A stretch of 64,000 nucleotides of DNA from Phoronis australis (lineage: Eukaryota > Animalia > Phoronida). Under the pieces are notes generated by a model that saw only the letters and a list, made by a program, of their open reading frames with translations, ran no database searches and was not told where the DNA came from. This document shows positions 52,963-64,000 of this stretch, piece after piece; the first letter of the stretch is position 1, and every line of letters begins with the position of its first letter. The DNA lies in assembly GCA_002633005.1 (NCBI GenBank), contig NMRA01000021.1, forward strand, positions 273,998-337,997, written 5' to 3'. The position numbers were made by a program, and so were the translations under genes.

Positions 52963-53195
52963 GTATGGGTATGGGTGTGGACATGTACGGCTCCCCTCCC
53001 CCGGCCAACAGTTACGCCGCCATGTCTCAGCTCCGCCCTCCCGTTCACTCTCAGGCGATGTTAATCCCTGGCCATCCGCATCATATGATGATGGCGCACG
53101 GCGCTCCCATGGGTCACCATGGCATGCCGCAAAGTCCCGCACTACACGGAATGGATGCCATGGGCGGCCATATACAAGACATTCATGCTGGGTAG
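52963..53195 (+). CDS. Meis: Meis terminal coding exon (M/H/P/G-rich C-terminus)
   Basis: catttcAG acceptor. Encodes (G)MGMGVDMYGSPPPANSYAAMSQLRPPVHSQAMLIPGHPHHMMMAHGAPMGHHGMPQSPALHGMDAMGGHIQDIHAG*, ending in the Meis-type 'DIHA' motif. TAG is followed by ATG TGA. Confidence 0.93.
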
Positions 53196-53896
53196 ATGTG
53201 ATGCGAGTTGTTGTTTTGGCTACGGCCAACTTTCCATAAAAGCGATCGGCTCGTTTAACAAAGGCGCTAGAAGGAAGACGCTGCTGTAATGATTCCAACT
53301 TGCAAGTTGCACCTAGAACTCCACTCGTGTGTTGCGGCATTTCCTAGAAACAATTGAGTAATGAACTGTTCATCAAAACAGCATGGGTCCTGGTCACACC
53401 CACTGTCTTGAAAGCAAAAAGCAACCTTTGACCTTTTACTAATCTGAAGACTATGCATGCGCATCCTTTCAGGGAACTCTGAAGGGGCACACAGTTGTCC
53501 GTCGGTGTCCCTTGTGCTTTTCTGGCTTTCCCAGGACGTTAACTACAATTGAAGTTACACATGCCTTGTGCCAACTGGAATTTTTCAAAAAGAAATAATG
53601 TTATAGTGGCCACATACTTGTGTTCTGTCTAAGAAGCAAAGTTTTGATTTAGACCATTTACTGCTATGAGACGGGACTCGACTTGACTCGGATTATAGGT
53701 CATATTCTGAGTTTCCTAAGAGTTTCCTTCAGAACATCCTTGGTACGTAAAATGACACGCCATGACAAGTCCTGTCAAAAGCAATAACAATGTTTCAGTT
53801 CATTCAAAACCCTGAAGTCGCTTATAATTTGACTATGGAACAAACTGAGACAAACTTAAAAATGGTTAGGGGTCTACATCTAAAGTTGATTTTTGC

Positions 53897-53936
53897 GATG
53901 GAAGGCGGGGTTATAGGATGGAAGGCGGGGTTATTG
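53897..53936 (+). repeat. Tandem duplication, 2 x 20 bp, in the Meis 3' UTR
   Basis: GATGGAAGGCGGGGTTAT[A/T]G occurs twice. Confidence 0.9.
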
Positions 53937-56900
53937 CCACTTTGATTTTCAGTCGAAATATGTGACATATTCTCTGTCTTGTTTTTGCACAAGTGGCTTT
54001 GTAAAATGGGCCGACATGCTTTCTATTGGTGTAATGCAGCAAAGTGCAGCAACAGAAAACCTCAGATATTAACTTCCACAGAACTCTGCGGGCACTGAAT
54101 TTTGACCCAAATGCCGTATGTCCTTGGACTCTTGTACACTTTGAGTGACGGCATTATTGGTCATAAGAGCTATTTATCCCAACTCTTGGACAGAAGTGTT
54201 ACGGATAAGATGCACAATGCAAATGTTGTGTGTCACGAAACTTGCATTTTGTCAAAATTAGTGTCAAAAAGTATTTACATTAATGTTGAAAGGTGTTGTC
54301 GAATGACCAATTAGATTGCAGAGGTGTTTCATCCTTGTAAAGTTCAAATGGAGGCAAGAGAGCCGATAAAACGTCTAGTCATCGCCATATATGGTGTGAA
54401 TTAACATATAATGCTTTTGACTGCATTGTTTTTCTGTGTACAGAAGTTTGTAAATATGTAATGTAAACAAACGCAGAATAGGAAGCTGTTGATTACAGTG
54501 ACAAGTTTGTGTACATGCCAGTTTTACGCTAACGACTATTTATTTTTCATTATTCTGTGAATGATCGCTACTGACGTGCTAGGGCAATACTGTGGCTATG
54601 TAGAGAGCACATCTGCCTATTGTACATACCATTGTTTGAAGTGTGTGCTGGGGGAATACAGTAAGGCGCCGTGTGTTAACGATTTCTTGTGAAAAATATC
54701 CACCTGTTTTTTTAGAATTTTTGAATATTTCAGTGTTGATATGCATTTTTGGGGAATTATGGAAAATTGTATTTCTAGTATGTGAAATCTAATCACCAGC
54801 TTAGCATGGACATTGTAATCTTGGACGTTTCTGTGGGTTTCTAACTTTGGTAGCTTTCATTCACAAAAAATCAAGATGGTGGAAGACGATGGATGTAGAA
54901 ATGTTTCATTTAGACTTGTTTTAGATCTCTATAGGGAGTTTTCTATGTGTACCCACGGGGGTACAAAGGTTGTGTCTAGCAGTGTCTCTTGTGCTAGACA
55001 TGTTTTATAGTGTTAAAAGGATATTTTTAATGACCTATCAACAACATAGATTTATTTATATGTTAAAAGTTATCGTTTTGAAAAAGTGTTCTCTGATTGT
55101 TCAAGCTAAAAGCTTAATCATTTGACATGTGTTTTCTCACATGTCTCAAATTGTAGCAGCGTTCACGTTGTTAAATGATGCTTTTGCGCTTAATCACTGT
55201 TAGGCATCTCCATAGTTACCAGGACGTCGGGAGTAGTATAATCCATTGTAGTGTTTAAACTTATCAGACAAAACTGCTAAACATTATTTGCCAAAATATC
55301 CTTTCCAGTAAGGAACAGAAATTCTTTTCTGAAAATGCTTCTCTTGTCAACATATTTCTGCCTATTTTAGTTGGACCAATTTTGGTTGCTAAAAGTCTAC
55401 CTTTATTGCGAGGTCTTCGTACTCTTTCCTTGTCAAAATATCTTTGTTCTTAGAGTATCGTACTAGTCATGTCATACACTCAGTTGTTCATTGTTGATCA
55501 GCGATACACATCAAGATCCGCGCAACATTTGTGTACTGTGATCCACAGTTTAAAGGTTAAAGCATTTGTTTTTGATGTTATATATCCTGGTTATCTTAGA
55601 AACACATTTTGTTGTATTAATTTCCTTGTGTGTATTTGCAACACCGTAACAATGAAAAGTGATGCAAATGGCCCAACAAAGACCTGATATCTTGGCTCTT
55701 CATTCACGTTTTACATCACTCTCTATTGTTAATGTATACTACATACTTGCCAAGAAAGAAAAAGTCTACTAGATAACCAGAGATCTGTAAGGTAACTTCA
55801 AAACGGTTATACTTCTTAAAAATTTGAGTTCTATAGAGCACCATGACTTTTTTTATACAGTTTGACGAAAGTTGAAGTTTTTACACAGTTAACCAATATT
55901 CTAATTTTATTGAGCTCCATGACTTTTTCATTACAATATGACACAAGTGCTTTGAAAAATAAATTTACTCGGTTTTTCATTTTAAGTACTTGATATACGG
56001 ACAAACTTTCATGTGATTAGAACTCTTGGGAGCTATGGAAATTTGACGTACAAAAACTTTTGAATTTTGACTTTGCGTGAATTGTTCGTTACCAATTGCG
56101 CTGGTTTTGACGTCTTGTACGCTGGCTTCATTCGAACTTTGATGTATGTTGTACATATATACGCAGCATTTACATTCTTATCATATTCTATTTTTGTATG
56201 TTGTATTTTGACTTTCTGACTGATCTACATCCTGTCTGTGCTCAGTGAAGACATCTAGTTTGTGTCACCAAATGGCTTAGTTACAGTACACAGAAATAGA
56301 GAGACATTTCCCCACTGATAGTAATCTCAAATATAACCATTTCTGTGACTTGTTTTAAGGAAATTGAACCTTACGAGTTGCTGACATTTCTGTTTTGTTT
56401 TTTTTTTCTTCACATTTTGGACCTAGACATTTGCTGCTAGTAGTGATGATTGATAAAAGAAAAAATTGGGACTTGTCTCTTTAAATCGTTGTATGTTGTA
56501 CTATTAACAATTGCCAATCAGCAAGCTCAAAGTGTAGATGCAACAGAAATGATTGAACAGTGCTTTATTGCAAGACACCAAAGAGGCTGAAACATTGTTT
56601 GGTTCTTCCACGGGAGCTGATTTTCGTATTTTACTAATATTTTTCAAATTATTTTACCTGATATCGTTGTTACATGGTGTTTCCTGTAAGATGTTGATCT
56701 TGGTGGTTGTCTGAGTAGTCACTCTGTAAACAATACGTCTGCACAGTTTCACAGTAGATGGTGTTAAATTTTGTTGTCAAAATTGATGTGCACAACAACC
56801 AGTGACATAGTACGTCTCAGGTTTCTGGAGAATCGTAGAGAAAGTAACAGCCTCAAAATTACGCGTTTCTTTACCTTGTTTGAAGACTACACGAAGCCTT

Positions 56901-57362
56901 TTCCCAGTACTCTATGTAGAATGTCAGAATTTAACAAAAATCAAATAAATCTCCCTACTTCTCTTAACACTATGCTTCTGCATCTAATTTTTGCTTCGAT
57001 TTGCCACAGCTTTTGTGGAGTTCATTATTTTTGCGTGATACTGGCTTAATTTCCATGTGTGTGGCAATTCTGTTTACGCAACTTCATCGTGTTATGCAGG
57101 AAGTGTCATGTAAACCTCGCATTGTGAGTGTCCTCCACACACAGTGTTGCAAATGACGTCTGCTGACTGTTCCTTTGTCTGGTTTCTATGACAATGTATG
57201 TCATGCAATTATCATCATCACAGACCATGTATTGTGCCCTGCTCAGCATTGGTTGTAGTTCTCACTTCATCATCTCCGCTCCTGCACTTTGTGTTTTAGA
57301 GTTAGACTTGTGAGTGGTTGTCACATTGGTGCATAATGCACCGTGAAATGTAAAAGAGTATG

Positions 57363-57368
57363 AATAAA
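57363..57368 (+). terminator. Candidate Meis polyadenylation signal
   Basis: AATAAA with upstream TGTA and downstream U-rich element (tttatctttttcctttac). Confidence 0.55.
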
Positions 57369-57811
57369 AATATTGTTGCCAAGTTTATCTTTTTCCTTTA
57401 CAGATAGTCTCCTGATAAAACAAAATGTTCACCTTTGTATTGGATGGGTTTCAATATCAAGCATGGTGGTTACTAAGTAGTCAAGTCATGATCTAAAAGT
57501 ACGAGATGCCACGTTTTTTGTTAAAAAGTCTTGATTTAGGCCCCTTACCTTTGTGAAATGGTCTGATATTGATCTTCTTAATTTCAAAGTGACCTGAAAT
57601 TCAGGAGCTTGCTCAAAAGAAGACAAATCTTGTCATTTCCAAGCCCAGAAATCTCACCTATTTTTAACTAAGGTTTATCTCGTGGTAAGTGACCTAAATC
57701 AAAATATTTTTGACAGAAAGCATGAGTTTTGTACCACTTTAACATCAAGTAGAGTTAACTTAGCTAAATCTTGATAAAAAAATTAACTGTGCAAAATAAA
57801 AGTTCTTGAAA

Positions 57812-57817
57812 TTTATT
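57812..57817 (-). terminator. Candidate RPAP1 polyadenylation signal
   Basis: TTTATT on + (AATAAA on -), ~455 nt after the RPAP1 stop, with a U-rich downstream element on the - strand. Confidence 0.6.
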
Positions 57818-58271
57818 CAACTTTAATGAATTACATTCACAGTGTTGGCCAATTTGTCAAATTCGTTTACGTCAATCATTGATGGGCCAACACTTCACTG
57901 AGACCTTTTCCAAACTATGCCAGTAGAGGTTGGCTGCTAAGTACACTGTGGACAGGCAACCTTTGTCATGAGCTTCAGTGACATTCAAGACTATACATCC
58001 ATGATTTCCCCCAGTTTTTGGCACAAAGACAAAATACAACCTCAGCCACAGGAGCACAACTATTTTACGTTGACTAAGCATTCGGGCATACTATAACTCC
58101 CATTCAAATCACCTTCTGTCTTTGTTCTGAACAAAAACGCCTAGAATTCACATCATATGGCATACCCACAGTGGATAATGGTTCCAAAATTGTGACCGAA
58201 AGAATTTGGCATCTGTGCCTGAAGACTGGTCCAAGGTGTGAAGAATTAAGCCCCAATTCTTTACCCTCTCT

Positions 58272-58391
58272 TCACGACGCCACCTCGGAGAGTACCACCT
58301 TTCTGCCAGCTGGCAATTCTGGGTATAGTTCCATTCCGTGATGTGCAGTTAGGTTCATGCTCTTGTAGAACGTAAGGTGGTGCTTCAACTC
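58272..58391 (-). CDS. RPAP1: RPAP1 terminal coding exon
   Basis: ctctttAG acceptor. Encodes ELKHHLTFYKSMNLTAHHGMELYPELPAGRKVVLSEVAS*, similar to the RPAP1 C-terminus 'LRQHLLHYK...GFELYSQLP'. Confidence 0.85.
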   Translation of the reverse strand, partial: ELKHHLTFYKSMNLTAHHGMELYPELPAGRKVVLSEVAS

Positions 58392-58966
58392 CTAAAGAGG
58401 TAACCATTAGTCACATTATGTAGAAAAACAATTACTCGACCATAACCCTTCGAACTGCTAAAACTTATAAACCGACACTGATCAAGACTCTGTCCAGGTG
58501 ACTGTGCAAATATTCTATTGTTCAACAAATCTTGCATAAGTCAGGCATCAGCCCGATCTTCGCTTTCATTTATTCAGCAATACAGTTGTTCTACCTTGTG
58601 CAATCGGCACTCCCGACGAGCCAGAATTGAACTTATGCAGATAAATCTGTTCATATGAATGAACCACACTTGAGAAATTTCCATTGCACTATAAGTAAAT
58701 TCTTTGGACTGGTTGCTAAATCAGGTTTATGAAGCCGTGTCACGTGATGAGACCTTTTCAATTCCACCCATACATAGACAACTCAATGGCGGCAGCAGCC
58801 ATGGATTGAACAAAGCACTTTTCAGAGGCCACATACACTGACAATGTGTACAATTACAATATACTGATCCCAACTTTCTTCAAAAAGTTTTCAGTGACTA
58901 AAAGCAAGTACTTACATCTTAGATCAGTCTATAAATTAGCGCATCGCAAACAAACCAAACTTATAC

Positions 58967-59191
58967 CTGATTGCTCGAATTTTGCACGCTCTTCAACATG
59001 GCCTGCTTCAGCTTGACACTAGCGCCATCTCTCAAATACATGAACTTATTCACGTGATGAACAGCCACTAGATATAGAAGAGGACAGAATGATGGGGTCA
59101 CATGACTTGCTAGCAGTGACTGCAGGTAGAACCGAATGAGTTCGACATCGCACTCTTCGGGCTCCAGAAAGTTCTTGACGGGTATGAGAAC
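58967..59191 (-). CDS. RPAP1: RPAP1 coding exon
   Basis: gttccAG acceptor and CAG|GTATAA donor. 225 nt, VLIPVKNFLEPEECDVELIRFYLQSLLASHVTPSFCPLLYLVAVHHVNKFMY...NSSNQ, with the 'CP.LY.VAV.HVN.F' RPAP1 motif. Confidence 0.92.
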
Positions 59192-60347
59192 CTGGAACAC
59201 GAGAAATACGTCAGTGAAATCTGAAAGCAAAGAAATTGTGATGCCAACTGCCTCTGGAAACATATCGTTGGAGTGACAATATAATTACGCAATGTCTCTG
59301 AGTTATGATGGTATGCAAAGGTGCAATAAATCCGTCTTCTGTCAAAAAACAATTGTCTCAAGCAATCGACCCTTGGTAGATACTGTAGCAAAGTAAACAA
59401 TGGCAAAATTGTCACCATAGAGACATCACATCACAACTGCTTACATGAACACACCCATCAAATACCATGACTATCCTTTGAGAGATTTGATGGATAGACA
59501 GATATGAAAACAATAGAAATGGCCACTAGGGGATGTAGAATACACTGAATCAGTCCAAAATTGAGAACATATCACCGTCGTCTCAATGAAAGTTCCATAA
59601 AAGTCTGTCAAAGAACTTGGTAGATACAGAGACATGTGTAAAAAGCTACAACTGCAGAGGGGTAGTTGGATCCTTCTAGAAGTTCTCTGTCATCAGCTTC
59701 ATAGGCACACATCTGCCAAATTTCATGAAAATCTTCTATGAGAATCAGGAGACACAACGGCGATGTCAACCATACACTGGATGGAAGCCTAATGGCAGAC
59801 GGAGACAACAACAATACAGGTATTTATATATGGGCGTTCAAAAAGGCTTTGCCACTGTGCAGCACGTTTTTAACAGTTTTCAACACAATGAATTGAAGAC
59901 AAGATCATAAACAAGTGTTTACAAAAGTGCAGTTGCTATCTGAGAGGGTTGAGTGTAAATTATGTGAAATGATTCTAACTAGATGATTAATCCATTACTA
60001 CCAACAATAGAGCATCAAAACCGAAGTAAAGGTCATATGCAATGAGACACTATGGACAGATCAGTATTGCCTTGACAACATGATCACAAGCCAAGCCCAG
60101 AACTTGTTTCTTGTCAGAGCAAGGGAAGAATTGAGATCAGTTTATGATGATAAGTAGTTTTTCAGACATAAGGTGAGTTTGTAGGACATATAAATGGTAG
60201 AAAGACTACAACAAGCTCAAACATAAAAATGGCTGCTACAAAGCCATCTCGTGTTCCACTTGAGCCCAAATCCTTGCCCTTGAACAAAAGTATGCTATTA
60301 AACAATTATAATAAGAAGTAATTTCTGAGCTTCATTACAGGTGGTAC

Positions 60348-60513
60348 CTGATCTAGAGGTATGAACAGCGACCTCAGTGCGGCTGTATGCTCAGTCCAGA
60401 GGAGACGGCGATACATCTTATTGTGTCGTTGTTGAATTGGTAACAGAATGAAGCAGCTGAAAACACTGTCACCAAATGAGGCCGCTTCATACTCCAGTAA
60501 AAATGACAAATAT
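60348..60513 (-). CDS. RPAP1: RPAP1 coding exon
   Basis: atttcAG acceptor and CAG|GTACCA donor. Encodes (L)YLSFLLEYEAASFGDSVFSCFILLPIQQRHNKMYRRLLWTEHTAALRSLFIPLDQ, matching RPAP1 'FEAVSFGD.LF...LLPLQ.R....R..L..EH..ALR.L'. Confidence 0.93.
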
Positions 60514-61038
60514 CTGAAATTGACATATTCTTGAATAGTACGGACAACACAAAAATCACTTTTTAATGTAACCTGTTTTTGTCAAGACTTCAATGTTTTG
60601 TGTCACTTTTCCACACATTAACACGAGATAGTGTGTAAAACATTTACAAAAACTAAAATAACAACTCTTCTGTATAAAAGGTAATAAACAGTAGGATATT
60701 TGGAATGAGTCTCAAACCACAACACGGACCCTTTTGTGGAAATTTGAGATGTAAAGGGCAAGCCAACCCATCACATAGAAACTATCAAGAAAAAGATCCC
60801 CCGATAAAAGGCAGACCCCCGTTGACATCATGTAAGCCCCATCATTTAATTGATTACAGAAGGTGTAAAGATCTGGGACCCTGACATTGTTAAGACGGTC
60901 GTAAGCATGATATTGGGAGCATGATGAAGCATTTGTCACGCGAAATACATTGTAACTGATGTAAGTTTAACGTTTTTCATGTTCAGACCTAACGAGCATC
61001 TTCACAGGCCTTGTTAATCAAGTAACAACCATCGCAAC

Positions 61039-61230
61039 TAACACCAGATACATGGCCTTCCATAACACCAGATATATGGCCTTCCATAACACCAACTACA
61101 TGGCCTTCCATAACACCGGCTATATGGCCTTCCATGACACCAGCTATATGGCCTTCCATAACACGAGACATATGGCCTTCCATAACACCAGATATATGGC
61201 CTTCCATAACACCAGATATATGCCATTTCA
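61039..61230 (+). repeat. Minisatellite, 8 x 24 bp (TAACACCAGATATATGGCCTTCCA), in an RPAP1 intron
   Basis: Exact 24-bp periodicity; it explains the three repetitive ORFs in the track. Confidence 0.96.
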
Positions 61231-63042
61231 TATAACTGTCCCAAGTATCGAATCCCCATATCAGTTATCAAAAATAATTACAACTCATTACAAGTACAAC
61301 TGAGACCCCTGTTTTGGTAATCAGACAATTCTTTTGCACCGTTGAAGAACTAAAGGATTCAAAGCTATCCAGCAAATCACCAAATCTTTAACAAAAACAC
61401 AAATGAACAGCTAGCGTCACTTCATAACACTTAAATTACTATGGCAAAACCCCTTAGTATGCGAAACAAAAGCCATTGATTAACCGAACAATCTGACAAT
61501 TCAAAGACTCCGTTCTTACAATCTCCCAGCACGATGTAATTAGCTTACAGTTTGTGATCCTCTGTCATAGAGGTCAATGGCATTGACAGGACGAGCCCAA
61601 CGTCACCAAAGCAGTGACATATAATTAAATACACGCATCATTAGGGGCTAGTAACAAAATGCGTCTTTGACAGTAATTTGTCTTGTGAGCTTTGCTATTT
61701 TGCTTCCATGTCTCATTAAAAGCAAATTACTCTTCGATCACGCTGAGGATCAAATGATAGATAACGCACAGTGAAGACAGGTAATTCACCACCAGTTTCA
61801 CACCTGAATTAGATGTACGAATTTCAAACTTTAATTAAAGGTGAGAGCTGGTGATAATCAAAATAAATTAAAGTCTTTGCATTATCTTTTTTCCAACTTA
61901 CCTTCTTTTCAAAATAATCATAGTCAAATACAATGAAATTTTTAATAATTGTAATTATAACACAATATCATTATCATATTAATGTCCGTACATCAACTGA
62001 AAGCTTAACTTCAACAAATTAATCAAATCTGACAAGTTTGCTGAAGGGTATTAAAGTCTAAAGATCAGTTTTGTGTTTTGAATGACATTTCCCCCCACGA
62101 AGAATCTCACATAAGTTTCTGTAACCATTTTAATAGTAGCCTGAGCGATAACCACTGAATGACAAAAAATACAATAACTATTTTTCGAACAAGCAAAGAC
62201 TCGCAGTGACATTCATGGCAGGGCCACCGTATGTCTGTAGATTTGTTGATTACAAACAAATATTCTTAGACCACATACATCCTGGTTCATACCAATATCT
62301 CAACCACAGGTTTTTAAGTATATGCAAAAAGACTGAGAGGGAAAAACACACGCACTTGCGTAGCGGGCGAGTGCCATGAAGGCAGAGACAGGACAGATGT
62401 CACAGTGCACTTTGGCAGTCGGGAAAAAGTGAATCTGGTAGCCATTTGCATCAGATTGGTCACACATGGCTGCATAAAATACGAGTAATTTGCAAATTCC
62501 AGAACAGGATGGCGACTACCACGTAAGGCAAGGCAAATTTTTGCAGCAGTTATTGTAGGAAATGTTTAGTTAATGAAAGCTAGATACTTGACTGTGATTT
62601 CAGTCAATACTTTCAAGCCAATAACTATGACTGTGCCACTTTTCATGTAGTAAAACTATGAGTGCTCGGTCATGTTCCAAGGAAGAGACTATGATAGTTT
62701 TGAAATTAGAAATGTCAGGGAGTTGAAATATAGATGTTGGAGATGTTGGCAAATGTTTGACAACTGATTAAATTTTCGCACCTTAGTCCTGCTGTGAGTT
62801 GGGCATCAGGAAATTCCTTGAAAACAACATTATGCAGAAAAATAAAACAAATTCAATGCTCAGCCTGCACTTCAATCAAATCAAATACACAAAAGAAAAA
62901 TCGAAAATCATAATTTTATGGACACTAACTGATCTTTAGACCTGAACTTCTCCATATGTTTTGATCTAAATTTGCAATTCTAATATAACAAGTATTACAA
63001 AAAATTTCCACTACGTTAAACACTAGTCGAAGATGTACCTAC

Positions 63043-63175
63043 AGGTCATAAAATGATGAAAGGCCGGGAATCTGCTCGTCAAAGTTCATTCTGTCAAGAT
63101 AACTTCCCAAGCAGTAGAGCTGAAGAAGGGCTGCCAGCAAATGTTGGATTGCAGGCTCGAGAAACAGTTCATTAC
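63043..63175 (-). CDS. RPAP1: RPAP1 coding exon (not in ORF track)
   Basis: ttttcgtAG acceptor and CT|GTAGGT donor. Encodes (G)NELFLEPAIQHLLAALLQLYCLGSYLDRMNFDEQIPGLSSFYD(L), matching RPAP1 'SELF.E..VQHL.AALL...PGL.SF.DL'. Its phase-2 end fits the next exon. Confidence 0.9.
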
Positions 63176-63708
63176 CTACGAAAATAACGACACCACTTCA
63201 CACTGCGTTGTTGCTAATTTCAGTCCCGCAAAGTACAAGATTCAGATAGCCATTGGCTGTCTTTGAAAAGTAAAAAAAACACTTAACCCTACAAGAATCA
63301 CCCTACATACTGTTGCTTGACCTAATTACACATTCTGGTATAGAGGGATGAAAAATAATTTCTTTCTTCCATTGTCAGTTTGAGATGCTGGACCATTTTG
63401 TGCGACTCTTTTCAATATGCCACGATGGTGGTAACAAAGAATTCATGAAAAATTGGCAAATATCCCACTCCATTAAATCCATAAAAGAATGCAGGACGCT
63501 GTGCACTAACTACAGTAGCATCATCTAACCATAATGTCACCACTATATCTGAAAATAGATGATGTTAACACTTCCCTTAAAGTGAACTACTTCTAACAGT
63601 AATCGTCCATATGAACACCCAGAACGTTTAAAATGATGAACACAAATATAAAGAGACATCAACAGGATTTCCGAACAGTATGGCTAACGCACTCCTGGAC
63701 ATGACTTG

Positions 63709-63968
63709 CAGACCTGTAAACTGAGCTCACTGACTCACAAACACAGCCACAGATTCGTGAAACACAGTTCACACACCCCAAAACATGACTCACATGCCTA
63801 AGGTCTAAAGGATTACGTGCATAATTCAGCGAAGAATCCGTAAGCCATCTCTACAGGTGTTTAGTTAGCCGTGTTTGAGGTCAAGGAGCTGTGCTTTATG
63901 GGTGCATAAAACGTGTTTTGTGAGTGCGGGCACTTCTTGTGAGTTGGTGAACTGAGTTTGTAGGTCTG
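63709..63968. repeat. Degenerate long inverted repeat (foldback/MITE remnant)
   Basis: CAGACCTGTAAACTGAGCTCACTGACTCACAA pairs with TTGTGAGTTGGTGAACTGAGTTTGTAGGTCTG; weaker complementarity continues inward. Confidence 0.65.
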
Positions 63969-64000
63969 TGAGCTGTTCATGAACACAGAACTGCCTGTGT

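Larger units (their letters stand above)
53196..57385 (+). other. Meis: Putative long 3' UTR of Meis (~4.2 kb)
   Basis: No credible ORF. Contains Pumilio-type and miRNA-seed motifs. AATAAA at 57363-57368 is followed by a U-rich tract; alternative AATAAA at 55958, 56944 and 57795. The end point is inferred. Confidence 0.55.

Noticed and set aside
52954-53340. 128-aa antisense ORF over the last Meis exon
   Set aside because: Shadow of a GC-rich coding exon; no recognisable protein.
60712-60939. Minus-strand ORF with 'VCLLSGDLFLDS', superficially like the RPAP1 'VFL..SELF.E' segment
   Set aside because: No suitable acceptor, and the true homologous exon (NELFLEPAIQHLLAALL...) is at 63043-63175 and splices in frame to 60513.
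60989-61303. Repetitive ORFs (EGHISGVM)n, (CYGRPYIW)n and (MAFHNTRY)n
   Set aside because: Produced by a 24-bp intronic minisatellite; no splice or homology support.

Overview
AT-rich animal (invertebrate, probably lophotrochozoan-type; species not determinable here) genomic DNA, almost all intronic. Positions 1 to ~57.4 kb (+ strand) hold the 3' half of a Meis/homothorax TALE-class homeobox gene. Six coding exons splice in frame through canonical GT-AG sites (12871-13012, 33229-33380, 39288-39364, 50081-50139, 51949-52014, 52963-53195), followed by a ~4.2 kb 3' UTR. The N-terminal MEINOX/HM-domain exons were not found and should lie upstream of the window. From ~57.8 kb to the end (- strand) are the last four coding exons of RPAP1, convergent with Meis. 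The introns contain two copies of a PIF/Harbinger-like MITE, small CAGGG-ended elements, two minisatellites and a haplotype-type duplication at an N. Most ORFs in the supplied track are spurious. Best leads: (1) a frame-preserving 57-nt candidate cassette exon with distant-branch-point architecture that would split homeodomain helix 3; (2) a perfect DR5 nuclear-receptor (RARE-type) element at the same spot; (3) an alternative acceptor giving a homeodomain-less product; (4) an intronic 11x19-bp array of 5'-splice-site-like motifs. All four are predictions from sequence and need RNA or conservation data.
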